A stretch of 64,000 bases of DNA, taken from NCBI GenBank assembly GCA_963842085.1, contig CAWJET010000001.1:1184001-1248000 (forward strand), in the 5' to 3' direction. The translations under genes and the position numbers were made by a program. Source of the stretch: an uncultured delta proteobacterium. Lineage in GTDB: Bacteria > Desulfobacterota > Binatia > Binatales > Binataceae. The notes beneath the pieces are model-generated. The model was given only the letters and a program-made list of their open reading frames with translations. It was not told the origin of the DNA and searched no databases. This document shows, one piece after another, positions 52,051 to 60,903 of this stretch (the first letter of the stretch is position 1; every line of letters starts with the position of its first letter).

Positions 52051-52345
52051 ATGCTTGGGTTCAACCTGGACATTTGGGACTATGCGACGTTTGTCGCCAT
52101 TTTCATCCAGGCCGCCGCTGCCGTTGTAGTGCTCGTTTTGCTTGCGGGATTGCCCGGTCGGATCGCGATCGGGGGGCATCATCCTGAAGCAGAAGCAGGT
52201 AAAATCATGGGCTGGGCAGGGTTTCTAGCCGCAGTTCAGTGGATCCAGGCCTTCATCTGGGCGTTCAAACCGACCGAAGGGTGGACATTCGACGCTTTCC
52301 TTCCGAAGAGCGAATAGCTGAAGCAGCGGATCTCGCTCGGCTAGG
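52051..52345 (+). pseudogene. DUF3302 (YibI-like) membrane protein with 3' frameshift
   Basis: LAGLPGRIA..HPEAEA..MGW..WIQAFIWAFKPT; continuation VDIRRFP in another frame. Confidence 0.6.
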
Positions 52346-52528
52346 TTGTGGTAAGCGGATGCCAGCCTCGGGGAATATATGCCGCCCCCCCTCCAACACC
52401 TCGGCCCGAGGGTTCTTTATAATGTGGGTGACGCGCCCCGCGAAACTAGTACGACCGGCAGTTGAGAAATTCGGCCTGGCGTGGTCGGTTAGTGCCGGTA
52501 TTTCCGGCGGTTTGAAACCTCCAGTAGC

Positions 52529-52851
52529 TCAACTGAGAACCTCTCGCAAACCGTCCGACGAAGCCGTCTCGCGCGCTGCGGTTTGCCAGCGGTCGGCGAA
52601 CTCCTCGGGCGCAGGGTCGCCGAGCGCACTGTGCGGGCGAACCTGGTTGTAATCTAGCCGCCACTGCTCGAGCTTGTCGCGCGCGTCGGCCACAGTGAAG
52701 AAGACCTGTACGTTCAAGCACTCATCACGCAGCCGACCGTTGAACGATTCGACGAAAGCGTTCTGGGCCGGTTTGCCGGGTTCGATGTAATGCCACTCCA
52801 GTCGCCCGGTGGCCCAACGCAGCACTGCGCAGCTGGTGAGCTCGGTCCCGT
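52529..52851 (-). pseudogene. IS3 orfB 3' half
   Basis: TELTS...IEPGKPAQNAFVESFNGRLRDECLN...YNQVRPHSALG. Confidence 0.9.
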
Positions 52852-52940
52852 AGTACGTCGGGAAGCGGTCATGGCCGACGATTAACACTCCTGCGATGGT
52901 TGCGGTGCAAGCCCAACCTTTAGCGGGAGGATCTCCAGCC

Positions 52941-54380
52941 ATGACCGAGAGCAACGATACGCCCCAACGCGTGACACTGGTAGCGGTGGACATCGCCAAG
53001 CACTATCACGATGTTCTTATCGAACCGCCGGCTCCGAAACGACGATGTCGGCTGCGACTGGCGAACAATCTCGAGGATTTTGAGCACTTGGCCGGTTATC
53101 TGAGAGGGTTCAAGAGTTCGGTGTTGGTCGGCTTTGAAGCGACCGGGAACTATCATCGGCCGCTGGCGTATTTTCTCCACCGCCAGGGTTGCGAGCTGCG
53201 TCTGATTTCTACTCTGGCGCTGGCCCGTACTCGCGAAGCCATGCACAACTCATGGGATAAGAACGATCCGAAGGACGCCCAAGTGATCCTCCATCTGTTG
53301 AAGACCGGATTGGCGCAGACCTGGCACGATCCAGTCGTCAACGGCATCAACGATATTCAGGAACTCTCGAAGACCCATTTCCAGGTGACGCTGGCGCGGG
53401 TACGGGTCTGGCACACGCTGCGCAACCTCTATTTCCCGGAGATTGATCGCTTCGTTCGCTCGGACCATAGCGTTTGGTTGATCCAACTGTTGGCCAGCTT
53501 TCCGACGCCGGCCTCGATTACCGCGTTGAGCGAAGAGGAGTTCCAGACGCGGGCGTGGAACCTGGTCGGCCGCAAAGTGAGCAAGCGGGCGCTGCTGGCG
53601 GAGATCTACACTGCCGCGAAACGGTCGATCGGTGTGCCGGTGGCGATCGATAGTGCCGCCATTGCAATGTTCCGCCTGGTTCTCGAGCAGTATTTGATCC
53701 TGCATCAGTTGCGTGAGCGGATCGCCGAACAGGCTGCGCTCCTGTTGGAAGGTAATTCCGATAGCCGGCGACTCATGACCGTGCCGGGCATCGGGCCGGC
53801 CAACGCCCTAACCATTCTTGCCGAGGCCGGCGATCTACGCCGCTTCCGGCACCATCGCCAGTCCCTGAATTTCTGCGGCTTGAACCTCTCCACCCTGCAG
53901 TCGGGTAAATCGCGTGGTCAGAGCCACATCTCGAAGTACGGCAATGCCAGGCTGCGTACCGCTTTGTGGATGGCGGCGCAGACCGCGGTCCGACTGCGGG
54001 AGAACAGTTTCCGTCGCAAGTTCGACAACTACGTTCGCGGCAATCCGCTCGATGCGGACCTCCGGCGTAAGGCTTACACTGCGGTCGCTGCCAAGCTGGC
54101 GCGAGTGATCTTCGGGTTGATCAAGCATCAGGTCGATTATCGGCCGTTTTTTGAACACCAGTTCCAGGTGGAGGAGCCCTCTCGTGCAAGTGCCGTTGGG
54201 GCGGTTTCGACCCCGTCGATAATGTTCGGGCCTTCCACCTGGGTTGGCATATCTGTTTTGAGTTCGGTGAGGACCACAGCGCTTGGCCTGCTGGATCCTG
54301 TGTTTACTATGGTGAGAGCCGCGCCCACACCTGAGGTGGAACCACTTGGATTGCCTGTTCGCATCAGTACGGCTGCGTAG
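52941..54380 (+). CDS. IS110 DEDD recombinase/transposase (homology ends near 54155)
   Basis: AVDIAK, GFEATG, KNDPKDA (DEDD); VPGIGP; QSG catalytic Ser; SKYGNARLR; GGGAGG RBS. Confidence 0.92.
   Translation: MTESNDTPQRVTLVAVDIAKHYHDVLIEPPAPKRRCRLRLANNLEDFEHLAGYLRGFKSSVLVGFEATGNYHRPLAYFLHRQGCELRLISTLALARTREAMHNSWDKNDPKDAQVILHLLKTGLAQTWHDPVVNGINDIQELSKTHFQVTLARVRVWHTLRNLYFPEIDRFVRSDHSVWLIQLLASFPTPASITALSEEEFQTRAWNLVGRKVSKRALLAEIYTAAKRSIGVPVAIDSAAIAMFRLVLEQYLILHQLRERIAEQAALLLEGNSDSRRLMTVPGIGPANALTILAEAGDLRRFRHHRQSLNFCGLNLSTLQSGKSRGQSHISKYGNARLRTALWMAAQTAVRLRENSFRRKFDNYVRGNPLDADLRRKAYTAVAAKLARVIFGLIKHQVDYRPFFEHQFQVEEPSRASAVGAVSTPSIMFGPSTWVGISVLSSVRTTALGLLDPVFTMVRAAPTPEVEPLGLPVRISTAA
54164..54330 (+). 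ncRNA. Putative bridge RNA (target-binding and donor-binding loops)
   Basis: Two stem/internal-loop/stem lobes whose loop strands match target and donor junction sequences (see findings). Confidence 0.65.
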
Positions 54381-54611
54381 CAGTCCGGGAGCTTTAGCTC
54401 CCGCTAACTACCCACTCAGCCGCAGTGGCGGCGCCGGTCAAGGGCGGCGTCAGCCGGCGAGCTCCGCGAGCGAACCCTTGACGGTGCGCCGACACGGAGG
54501 CTACAGCGCCGGTTCACCGTCCCTAGACTATTGCGCAATCGTAGCCCACTGCTCGCTTCGCGAGCCCTCGCAGATGTGTGTTCGCTCCCGGCCATTGCTT
54601 TCTTACTTAGT

Positions 54612-55159
54612 CCGTTGTCGCTAACCACCATCCGTGGCAGTGCGCGCTCAGCTGTTAGCCGGTCCAGTTCGCGCACCACGCGCACCCCGCCCAGTGAAGT
54701 GTCCACCACCGTAGCCAGACATTCGCGGCTGAAGTCGTCGACCACGCATAGGATGCGGAAGCGCCGCCCGTCGCTCAGTGCGTCTGCCACGAAGTCCAGT
54801 GACCACCGTTGGTTGATCGCGCCCGGTAGCGTCATCGGCGCCCTGGTTCCCAGCGCCCGCTTGCGCCCTCTGCGCCGGCGTACCATGAGCTTTTCCTCGC
54901 GGTACAACCGATAGAGCTTCTTGCGGTTCAGCACGTGACCTTCCCTCTCCAGCAGCCAGCCCAGGCGCCGATAGCCGAAGCGTCTGCGCTCCGCGGCCAG
55001 CTCGCGCAGCCGCTGCCGCAGCAGCGAGTCGTCCGGCCGCCGCGGCCGATAGTTCATGCTCGAGCGATTGACTCCGACCAGCCTGCATGCGCGCACCTGG
55101 CTCAGCCCGCGCTGCTCGACCAATCGAGCAACTGCCGCCTTCCGCGCCACAGGTTTCAA
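54612..55159 (-). pseudogene. IS3 orfB 5' half
   Basis: RRFGYRRL, WSLDFVAD, VVDDFSRECL, VVSDNG. Confidence 0.9.
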
Positions 55160-55422
55160 ACGTTTTTTCCGAGCAGGTCCTTCAGCGCCGCGTTGTCCAG
55201 CATCGACTCCGCCAGCAGCTTCTTCAGCCGCCGGTTCTCATCCTCCAGCGACTTCAGGCGGCGCGCCTCGGATACGTCGAGCCCGCCATACTTCGCTTTC
55301 CACTTGTAAAAGGTCGCGCTTGAGATCCCGTGGCGGCGGCCGACCTCCTCGGTCTTCGCCCCCGCCTCATGGTCGCGCAGCACCCCGATGATCTGCTCCG
55401 CGCTGAATCGGCTGCCTTTCAT
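55156..55422 (-). CDS. IS3 orfA with A-AAA-AAC -1 frameshift site
   Basis: MKGSRFSAEQII, HGISSATFYKWKAKYGG, ENRRLKKLLA; GGA AAA AAC at the end. Confidence 0.92.
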   Translation of the reverse strand: MKGSRFSAEQIIGVLRDHEAGAKTEEVGRRHGISSATFYKWKAKYGGLDVSEARRLKSLEDENRRLKKLLAESMLDNAALKDLLGKNV

Positions 55423-55491
55423 TGTCCGTCTCCTTTCTGTCGACGGACTCTACCTCAATTCTGCTGGGCGTTAGGCGGGCAGGCCAGCGGT

Positions 55492-55854
55492 CTATGTACC
55501 CAAGTTTTTCATCTTGTTGGCTTTTATCGGTACCCGAGTCAGAAGTGTCGTTAGAATCAGGTGCAGGACGACCGCCGGCCACAGTAGTATGCCGTTCAAA
55601 CCGCCCGCGAAGCCGACGTAGGCGAGATACAGCGTGACGGCCGCGCTGTAGGTCAACATGCCGGCCAGCGGCGGCCCCGGCCAGCACGCAATACTTAACG
55701 CGATCAGCGCGATACCGGCCACGCGGGCGGCCGGTACCGCAACGCCGGTAAGTTCCTCGCCGAACAACAACTTCCCAACGAGCGACGGAACAATCAGCAA
55801 CGCCACGCCAGTCGCCGCTTCGCCCATGGCGGCAAGAGTAAGCCACCTACTCAT
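55492..55854 (-). CDS. Small 4-TM membrane protein
   Basis: EAATGVALLIVP...LLWPAVVLH; immediately downstream of the sulfatase. Confidence 0.65.
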   Translation of the reverse strand: MSRWLTLAAMGEAATGVALLIVPSLVGKLLFGEELTGVAVPAARVAGIALIALSIACWPGPPLAGMLTYSAAVTLYLAYVGFAGGLNGILLWPAVVLHLILTTLLTRVPIKANKMKNLGT

Positions 55855-55867
55855 CGGCCGGTGCTAG

Positions 55868-58369
55868 CTAGTCCTTCGCGCGGGCCACCGCGTCCTCAAT
55901 GGCCGGCATGTTCTTGCGATCCTGATCCGTGTACTGCGCCGGGCCCAGGTTGAAGGTCAGCTTGTCGATCTTGCCCGTGAACTTGAACGGACAATCATAA
56001 CGATACTCGACGAGCGCAACCCCGGTTAGTGTATCCAACCCGACGTCGAAGTCTTCGTCTTCGGGGAACGTGATGGGAGTGGTGTGATCCATGTGCTTCT
56101 TATCCACTTCCTTGCCGTCCACCGATAGCACTCCCGTGCCGCCCTTGCCGAGGCCGGGGCCGTCGAGCTTGAAGTCGAACACGATCGTGTGCTCGCCGGC
56201 GCTCAGTTCCGGCCCTTCCCAAATCGTGCGCTTGAGATCGAGCAGATTGTAAAGGAACACGACCTTCCCGTGGCGGACTCCCATCTCACCCTTGGAGAGG
56301 AATAAGCCGTAGCCGCCGAAGCGACCGCCCTCGGTCACGATCATGCCTTCGGCGCCGCCCTCGGGGATGTCGACATTGGCGGTGATGGTGTAGTCCTTGT
56401 CCAGGATGTTCGGGGCGCTGCTCGGCGGCACGCCGCTCAGTTCGCCTGAATAGGTGAATGTGGTCCGTCCGGCTGTGGCGCTCGGGCGCTGCGTCAGGAA
56501 GCGAGCGAGGGTCGAGTTGTCGAGCGGGAGCACATCGTATTTCTTAGCCTGCTCATAGAAAACATCCTGCAGTTGCTTGAGCTTGTCCGGCATCTTGTCG
56601 GCCAGGTCGTTGTACTCGGTGACATCTACATTGAGGTTGTAGAGTTCCCACTTGTAACCGGTAATCACATCCGGCGGCGTGGCGGTGCTCAGCTCCCACG
56701 GAAGACTTACCGGCGTCGTCACCGCTATCCATCCGTCCTGGTAGATCGCGCGGTTCCCGAGCATCTCGAAATATTGCGTCGTGTGGCGGGTTGGTGCGTC
56801 GGCGTTCTTCTTGTCCCACGTGTACACCATGCTCACGCCTTCAATCGGGCGCTGCTTGATGCCGTCGATTGTGTCGGGAGCCGGGATGCCGGTCACCTCG
56901 AGGATCGTGGGCACGATGTCGATGACGTGAGAAAACTGGCGGCGGATGCCACCGACGTCCGTGATGTGGCCGGGCCATGACATGGCCATGCCATTGGCCG
57001 TCCCGCCGCGATGCGACGCGATCTGCTTCACCCACTTGAACGGGGTATCCATCGCCCACGCCCAGCCGGCCGCATAGAGGGGAAAGGTCCGATCCGATCC
57101 CCAGAAGTCGTACCAGAGAAACTGGTCCTTGACCGGCACGGCGACGCCGTTGAAGGTTGTGAACTCGTTTGGCGTACCGTTGAGCATACCCTCGGCGCTC
57201 GCGCCGTTGTCGCCGCTTATATAGATGATCAAGGTGTTGTCGAGCTCGCCGAGGTCGTCGACGGCCTGGATGACGCGGCCGATTTCGTGGTCGGTGTATG
57301 CGAGGAACGCCGCATAGACGTCGGCCTGCTTGATGTACAGTTTTTTCTGCTCGAGGCTCAGGGTATCCCACGCCGGAAGATCCTTCGGCCACGGCGTCAA
57401 CTTGGCATCGGCGGGCATGATGCCAAGCCGTTTCTGGTTGGCAAAGATGGTATCGCGCAATTTGTTCCAGCCACCGTCGAACAGGTTCTGATCGCTGATC
57501 TTTTTAATCCACTCGGGCGTCGGATGATGGGGCGCGTGAGTACCGCCCGGAACGTAGTAGACGAAGAACGGCTTGCCGGGAGCGATCTCCTTGAGCTGCC
57601 TCATGTACTGGATGGCGTCGTCAGCCATCGCGGTGGTGAGATTCCAACCAGGGTGCCCCTGGAAGGGGTAGATGGCCGTCGTGTTGCGGAACAGGTTCGG
57701 TTGCCACTGGCTGGTGTCGCCGCCGATGAAGCCGTAGAAATACTCGAAGCCCATCCCGATGGGCCATTGGTCGAATGGCCCGGCCTGGCTCGCCTGGTAA
57801 AAGGGCGTGTTGTGGTCCTTGCCGAACCACGCGGTCGCGTATCCGTTTTCCTTGAGGATCTCGCCGATGGTGCCGGTATCCTTCCTTATAATCGAATCGT
57901 ACCCCGGGAATCCGGTTGCCGCCTCGCCAACAACCCCAAAGCCGGCCACGTGATGATTTCGTCCCGTGATCAAGGCGGCGCGGGTGGGTGAGCATAACGA
58001 CGTAGTATGGAACTGCGTGTACCGCAGCCCGCTGTTCGCAATGCGATCCAACGCCGGAGTCTCGATGACGCCGCCAAAGGTGCTAGGCGCGCCGAAGCCT
58101 ACGTCGTCGGTCATGATGAGCAGCACGTTCGGCGCACCCTTGGGCGGCACAATGCGCGGCGGCCACCAAGGCGTTGACTCCGAGGCTCTTCCCTTGATCA
58201 CCCCGCCGAATTTCGGATCGGGCGGCGGAAGTTGATTTCCGGGGATGGTCGTGGTGGCGTTAGGTGAACCCAACTCACCTGTGACTTCCTGCGCGAGGCA
58301 AGAGGATGAAGGAAGCGTAAAGGCTGCGATGCAAAGCGCTACGGCGACAACATGTCTGAGTGCAATCAT
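55868..58369 (-). CDS. Exported arylsulfatase (Cys-type, FGly-dependent)
   Basis: IMTDDVG, LCSPTRAALITGRNH, FGKDH, GDNG; C-terminal beta-sandwich. Confidence 0.92.
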   Translation of the reverse strand: MIALRHVVAVALCIAAFTLPSSSCLAQEVTGELGSPNATTTIPGNQLPPPDPKFGGVIKGRASESTPWWPPRIVPPKGAPNVLLIMTDDVGFGAPSTFGGVIETPALDRIANSGLRYTQFHTTSLCSPTRAALITGRNHHVAGFGVVGEAATGFPGYDSIIRKDTGTIGEILKENGYATAWFGKDHNTPFYQASQAGPFDQWPIGMGFEYFYGFIGGDTSQWQPNLFRNTTAIYPFQGHPGWNLTTAMADDAIQYMRQLKEIAPGKPFFVYYVPGGTHAPHHPTPEWIKKISDQNLFDGGWNKLRDTIFANQKRLGIMPADAKLTPWPKDLPAWDTLSLEQKKLYIKQADVYAAFLAYTDHEIGRVIQAVDDLGELDNTLIIYISGDNGASAEGMLNGTPNEFTTFNGVAVPVKDQFLWYDFWGSDRTFPLYAAGWAWAMDTPFKWVKQIASHRGGTANGMAMSWPGHITDVGGIRRQFSHVIDIVPTILEVTGIPAPDTIDGIKQRPIEGVSMVYTWDKKNADAPTRHTTQYFEMLGNRAIYQDGWIAVTTPVSLPWELSTATPPDVITGYKWELYNLNVDVTEYNDLADKMPDKLKQLQDVFYEQAKKYDVLPLDNSTLARFLTQRPSATAGRTTFTYSGELSGVPPSSAPNILDKDYTITANVDIPEGGAEGMIVTEGGRFGGYGLFLSKGEMGVRHGKVVFLYNLLDLKRTIWEGPELSAGEHTIVFDFKLDGPGLGKGGTGVLSVDGKEVDKKHMDHTTPITFPEDEDFDVGLDTLTGVALVEYRYDCPFKFTGKIDKLTFNLGPAQYTDQDRKNMPAIEDAVARAKD

Positions 58370-58415
58370 GCGGGGGTTTTTCCTTCTAGACTTGGCAACA
58401 AGCTTCTCGTTGGGC

Positions 58416-59315
58416 TTACTCCCGACACTCGTTGAGGGGCGGGACCTTTCCGTTGAGCTGGACGGCCAGAGCGGCAGCCGTGCCGACAGGGGCGCCGACA
58501 TAGATCGTCGAACCCGTTTTGTTAGTCGCGATGGCACCTTTGCAATATTTGAAGAAGGACTTGTCGCATGGGTAAGGCCCGAGGATCTGGTAGCTTTGGG
58601 CGTTGTCTCCAGTGGACTGGGTGATTGGGCAGGAACAGATGATCTGTCCTTTCGGCACCGGTTTGTCGAAGCCCGGGAACGTCGTCTCCTCGGTGCTTCT
58701 GAAGCATAGTCCGCCGTCGCACTGAGCGTAGGCGCCGCCCTCCTCGCCCTGGCAGGTGTAGACCGCGCCGCCTCCCTGAGGAGAGGCGATCGACTCAGGC
58801 AGGCTGTAGGTGCTGACCATGTATTTGTTGGCGGCGCCCGCGGCGTTGATCGAACAGACGTCTTCGTCCTTGCCCATCGGAAACGGCAGGCTGATGCTGT
58901 CGCCGTGCTTCACGTCGCACTGGCAGTAAGCGACGCCGTCGAACACATTGCAGCGCGCCGCGGCGCAAAGCGCGTAAGTCTGATCCTTGCAGATCTTGAA
59001 TTGCGCGCCGGCCATCGCGTCGAGGAGTTTATCGAGGCAACCTTTGGAAAGCTGGCCCATCTTGTTCTGTACACAGCTCTTGATGCGTCCGACATCGGGC
59101 AGCACGTCCGAGCAGAGACTCCAGACGTCGCCGCCGCATGCTCGGACGATGCCCAAATCCTTGCTGAAGCCCTCCTGCGCCATCGAGGGGGCGGCCACGC
59201 CCACTATCAACATGAGCGCAACGGTCAACCCTGCGCCCGTCAGCCGCGTCCTCGCGGAACAAAGTCCTGACCACGTAGCCCCTTCCGCTTTCGATTTTTG
59301 GTCTCGATGCAGCAT
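58416..59315 (-). CDS. Exported cysteine-rich protein
   Basis: Signal ending SMA; ACGGD..LC..GRIKSC..LSKGC module plus 14-Cys domain. Confidence 0.75.
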   Translation of the reverse strand: MLHRDQKSKAEGATWSGLCSARTRLTGAGLTVALMLIVGVAAPSMAQEGFSKDLGIVRACGGDVWSLCSDVLPDVGRIKSCVQNKMGQLSKGCLDKLLDAMAGAQFKICKDQTYALCAAARCNVFDGVAYCQCDVKHGDSISLPFPMGKDEDVCSINAAGAANKYMVSTYSLPESIASPQGGGAVYTCQGEEGGAYAQCDGGLCFRSTEETTFPGFDKPVPKGQIICSCPITQSTGDNAQSYQILGPYPCDKSFFKYCKGAIATNKTGSTIYVGAPVGTAAALAVQLNGKVPPLNECRE

Positions 59316-59367
59316 TGAATTCCCTTCCGTCCTTTTGGATACCTTTTAGACCCTTCGCTGTTATTTC

Positions 59368-59934
59368 CTAGGGAGTCTGGTCCTGGATCTCAATGTTGAT
59401 GCGGCGATTCTGAGCCCGCCCTTCCGGGGTGTCATTTGACGCGATCGGACGATATTGTCCGAATGCCACCGCTGAAAGCTGATTTGGATCGAGCCCCTGA
59501 GCCACGAGGTAGCGAACCACGGAGATCGCACGGGCGGCGGAGAGGTTCCAGTTCGTTGGGAAACGCTCGGAGAGCGGCGGCAGGATCGGCAAGTTGTCCG
59601 TGTAGCCCTGGATGACAATCTGTTTGCCGGAAACCCCCTGCAACGCCGGTACGATCTTATTCAACTCCTGCTGTCCCTGCTGGTGTAGTTCCCATCCACC
59701 CTCGGGGAACAAAATGGCGTTAACCATCGTCACCTCCAATCGGTTCTGCAACTGTCTGACCTTTACCTGATCGGAATTAACTTCAGAGTTGAGGCTCTGG
59801 TTGAGTTGCTGATAGGTCGAATTCAGATATTGGAGTTGCTGAGCCTGTTGGACCTCCTGATTGTACTGTTGTTGGGGAACGCATCCTGTTATCAGCAATG
59901 AAGCGAGCAATGGAGCTAGTAGCTTGAGTTTCAT
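59368..59934 (-). CDS. OmpA/MotB C-terminal domain lipoprotein
   Basis: ITGC lipobox; GYTDN, NWNLSAARA, GRAQNRRI. Confidence 0.88.
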   Translation of the reverse strand: MKLKLLAPLLASLLITGCVPQQQYNQEVQQAQQLQYLNSTYQQLNQSLNSEVNSDQVKVRQLQNRLEVTMVNAILFPEGGWELHQQGQQELNKIVPALQGVSGKQIVIQGYTDNLPILPPLSERFPTNWNLSAARAISVVRYLVAQGLDPNQLSAVAFGQYRPIASNDTPEGRAQNRRINIEIQDQTP

Positions 59935-59952
59935 CTGATCCTCAATCCGTCG

Positions 59953-60903
59953 TTACGGCTGCGAGACCATGTAAACGACCTGGCTGCCGCTGTAGAAGGG
60001 TTTGTAGTAAACCCCGTTTGCCATGTAGTAAGTGCTTCCGTTGATCGTGGTCTCGAAAGCGCCAGGTGGGAGAGAGTAAACAGTCGACCCCATCGCTGGA
60101 GGCCCGTACGGGGCGGGCTGGTATCCATAGGGTGGGTAGTTCTCGACCACAGTTGTCGTAGGTGCTTTTGCTTGCGCATTCGCGGTTAGCATCGACCCGA
60201 CCGCCATACCTCCGACCGCCCCCAGAGCGGCCGCACCGAGTGCCTCGCCGGTGCTCGAGCCGCCATCGCTGCAGCAGTCGTTATACGGGCCGTAGTAGCC
60301 TCCGCCTCCTCCGTTGTAATTGGTATCGCCTACGTTGTTGTTGACTGTGTTCATCGTCGAATTGTGCATCGACTTTTCGGTCTGTTCGTTGTTCGCTTGC
60401 AGCGAATTGGCTTCGTTGTACTTGGACTGCTGCTGGGCCGTCTGATTGGTATTGTACGTATTGTAAGCGTTGCCATTGCCCTTCTGGTATTCGCTGGACG
60501 CTTGCGAGCTGCTGTTGGGATGGAACTCGTTTGACGATGACCCAGAACTGCTACTCGGGTGCTGCCACGAGCTGGAACCACCAGATGAATGACCCATTGA
60601 CGAGCTACCGCTATGTCCGAAGCTACCGCCGCCGAAGCCATCACCACCGAAGCCTTTGAAGCCTCCGCCGCCTCCACCGCCGTGGAACCCCCCGCCTCCT
60701 CCACCTCCGCCACCGCCAAAGCCGTGGAACCCTCCTCCGCCTCCTCCACCAAAGTGACCGCCGCCTCCTCCACCAAAGCGACCACCGCCGCCGCCAAACC
60801 TTGCAGATGCTTGTGGCGCGGCGGCCAGGGAGATCGCAACCGCCATCATCGTTGCAACTGTGAATGCGCGAGCCGTTCGCATGCCGCATATCGTGGTAAT
60901 CAT
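59953..60903 (-). CDS. Exported Gly/Ser/Asn-rich low-complexity protein
   Basis: Signal ending ASA; GGGGF repeats; C-terminal LPPG..YY.NGVYYKP domain. Confidence 0.7.
   Translation of the reverse strand: MITTICGMRTARAFTVATMMAVAISLAAAPQASARFGGGGGRFGGGGGGHFGGGGGGGFHGFGGGGGGGGGGFHGGGGGGGFKGFGGDGFGGGSFGHSGSSSMGHSSGGSSSWQHPSSSSGSSSNEFHPNSSSQASSEYQKGNGNAYNTYNTNQTAQQQSKYNEANSLQANNEQTEKSMHNSTMNTVNNNVGDTNYNGGGGGYYGPYNDCCSDGGSSTGEALGAAALGAVGGMAVGSMLTANAQAKAPTTTVVENYPPYGYQPAPYGPPAMGSTVYSLPPGAFETTINGSTYYMANGVYYKPFYSGSQVVYMVSQP

Larger units (their letters stand above)
52852..54615 (+). mobile_element. IS110-family element (1764 bp including one CCGT core copy)
   Basis: CCGT at 52848-52851 and 54612-54615; removing the element restores orfB VVSDNGTEL. 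Confidence 0.9.
52429..55486 (-). mobile_element. IS3-family (IS407-group-like) element interrupted by IS110
   Basis: Imperfect ends TGACGCGCCCC (52429) and TGGCCTGCCCG (55486, minus strand); orfA/orfB; no target duplication seen. Confidence 0.85.

Noticed and set aside
54595-54615. Strong circle-junction promoter of IS110
   Set aside because: TTGCTT near the right end is a plausible -35, but the hexamer 17 bp away after circularisation (TACGTC) is a poor -10; not supportable
55868-58537. 889-aa start for the sulfatase
   Set aside because: Overlaps the upstream Cys-rich gene; the signal peptide begins at ATG 58369
58416-59315. Multiheme cytochrome c
   Set aside because: No CxxCH motifs
59368-59934. 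MotB flagellar stator or T6SS TssL
   Set aside because: Has a lipobox rather than the Asp-bearing TM helix; no motA or T6SS genes
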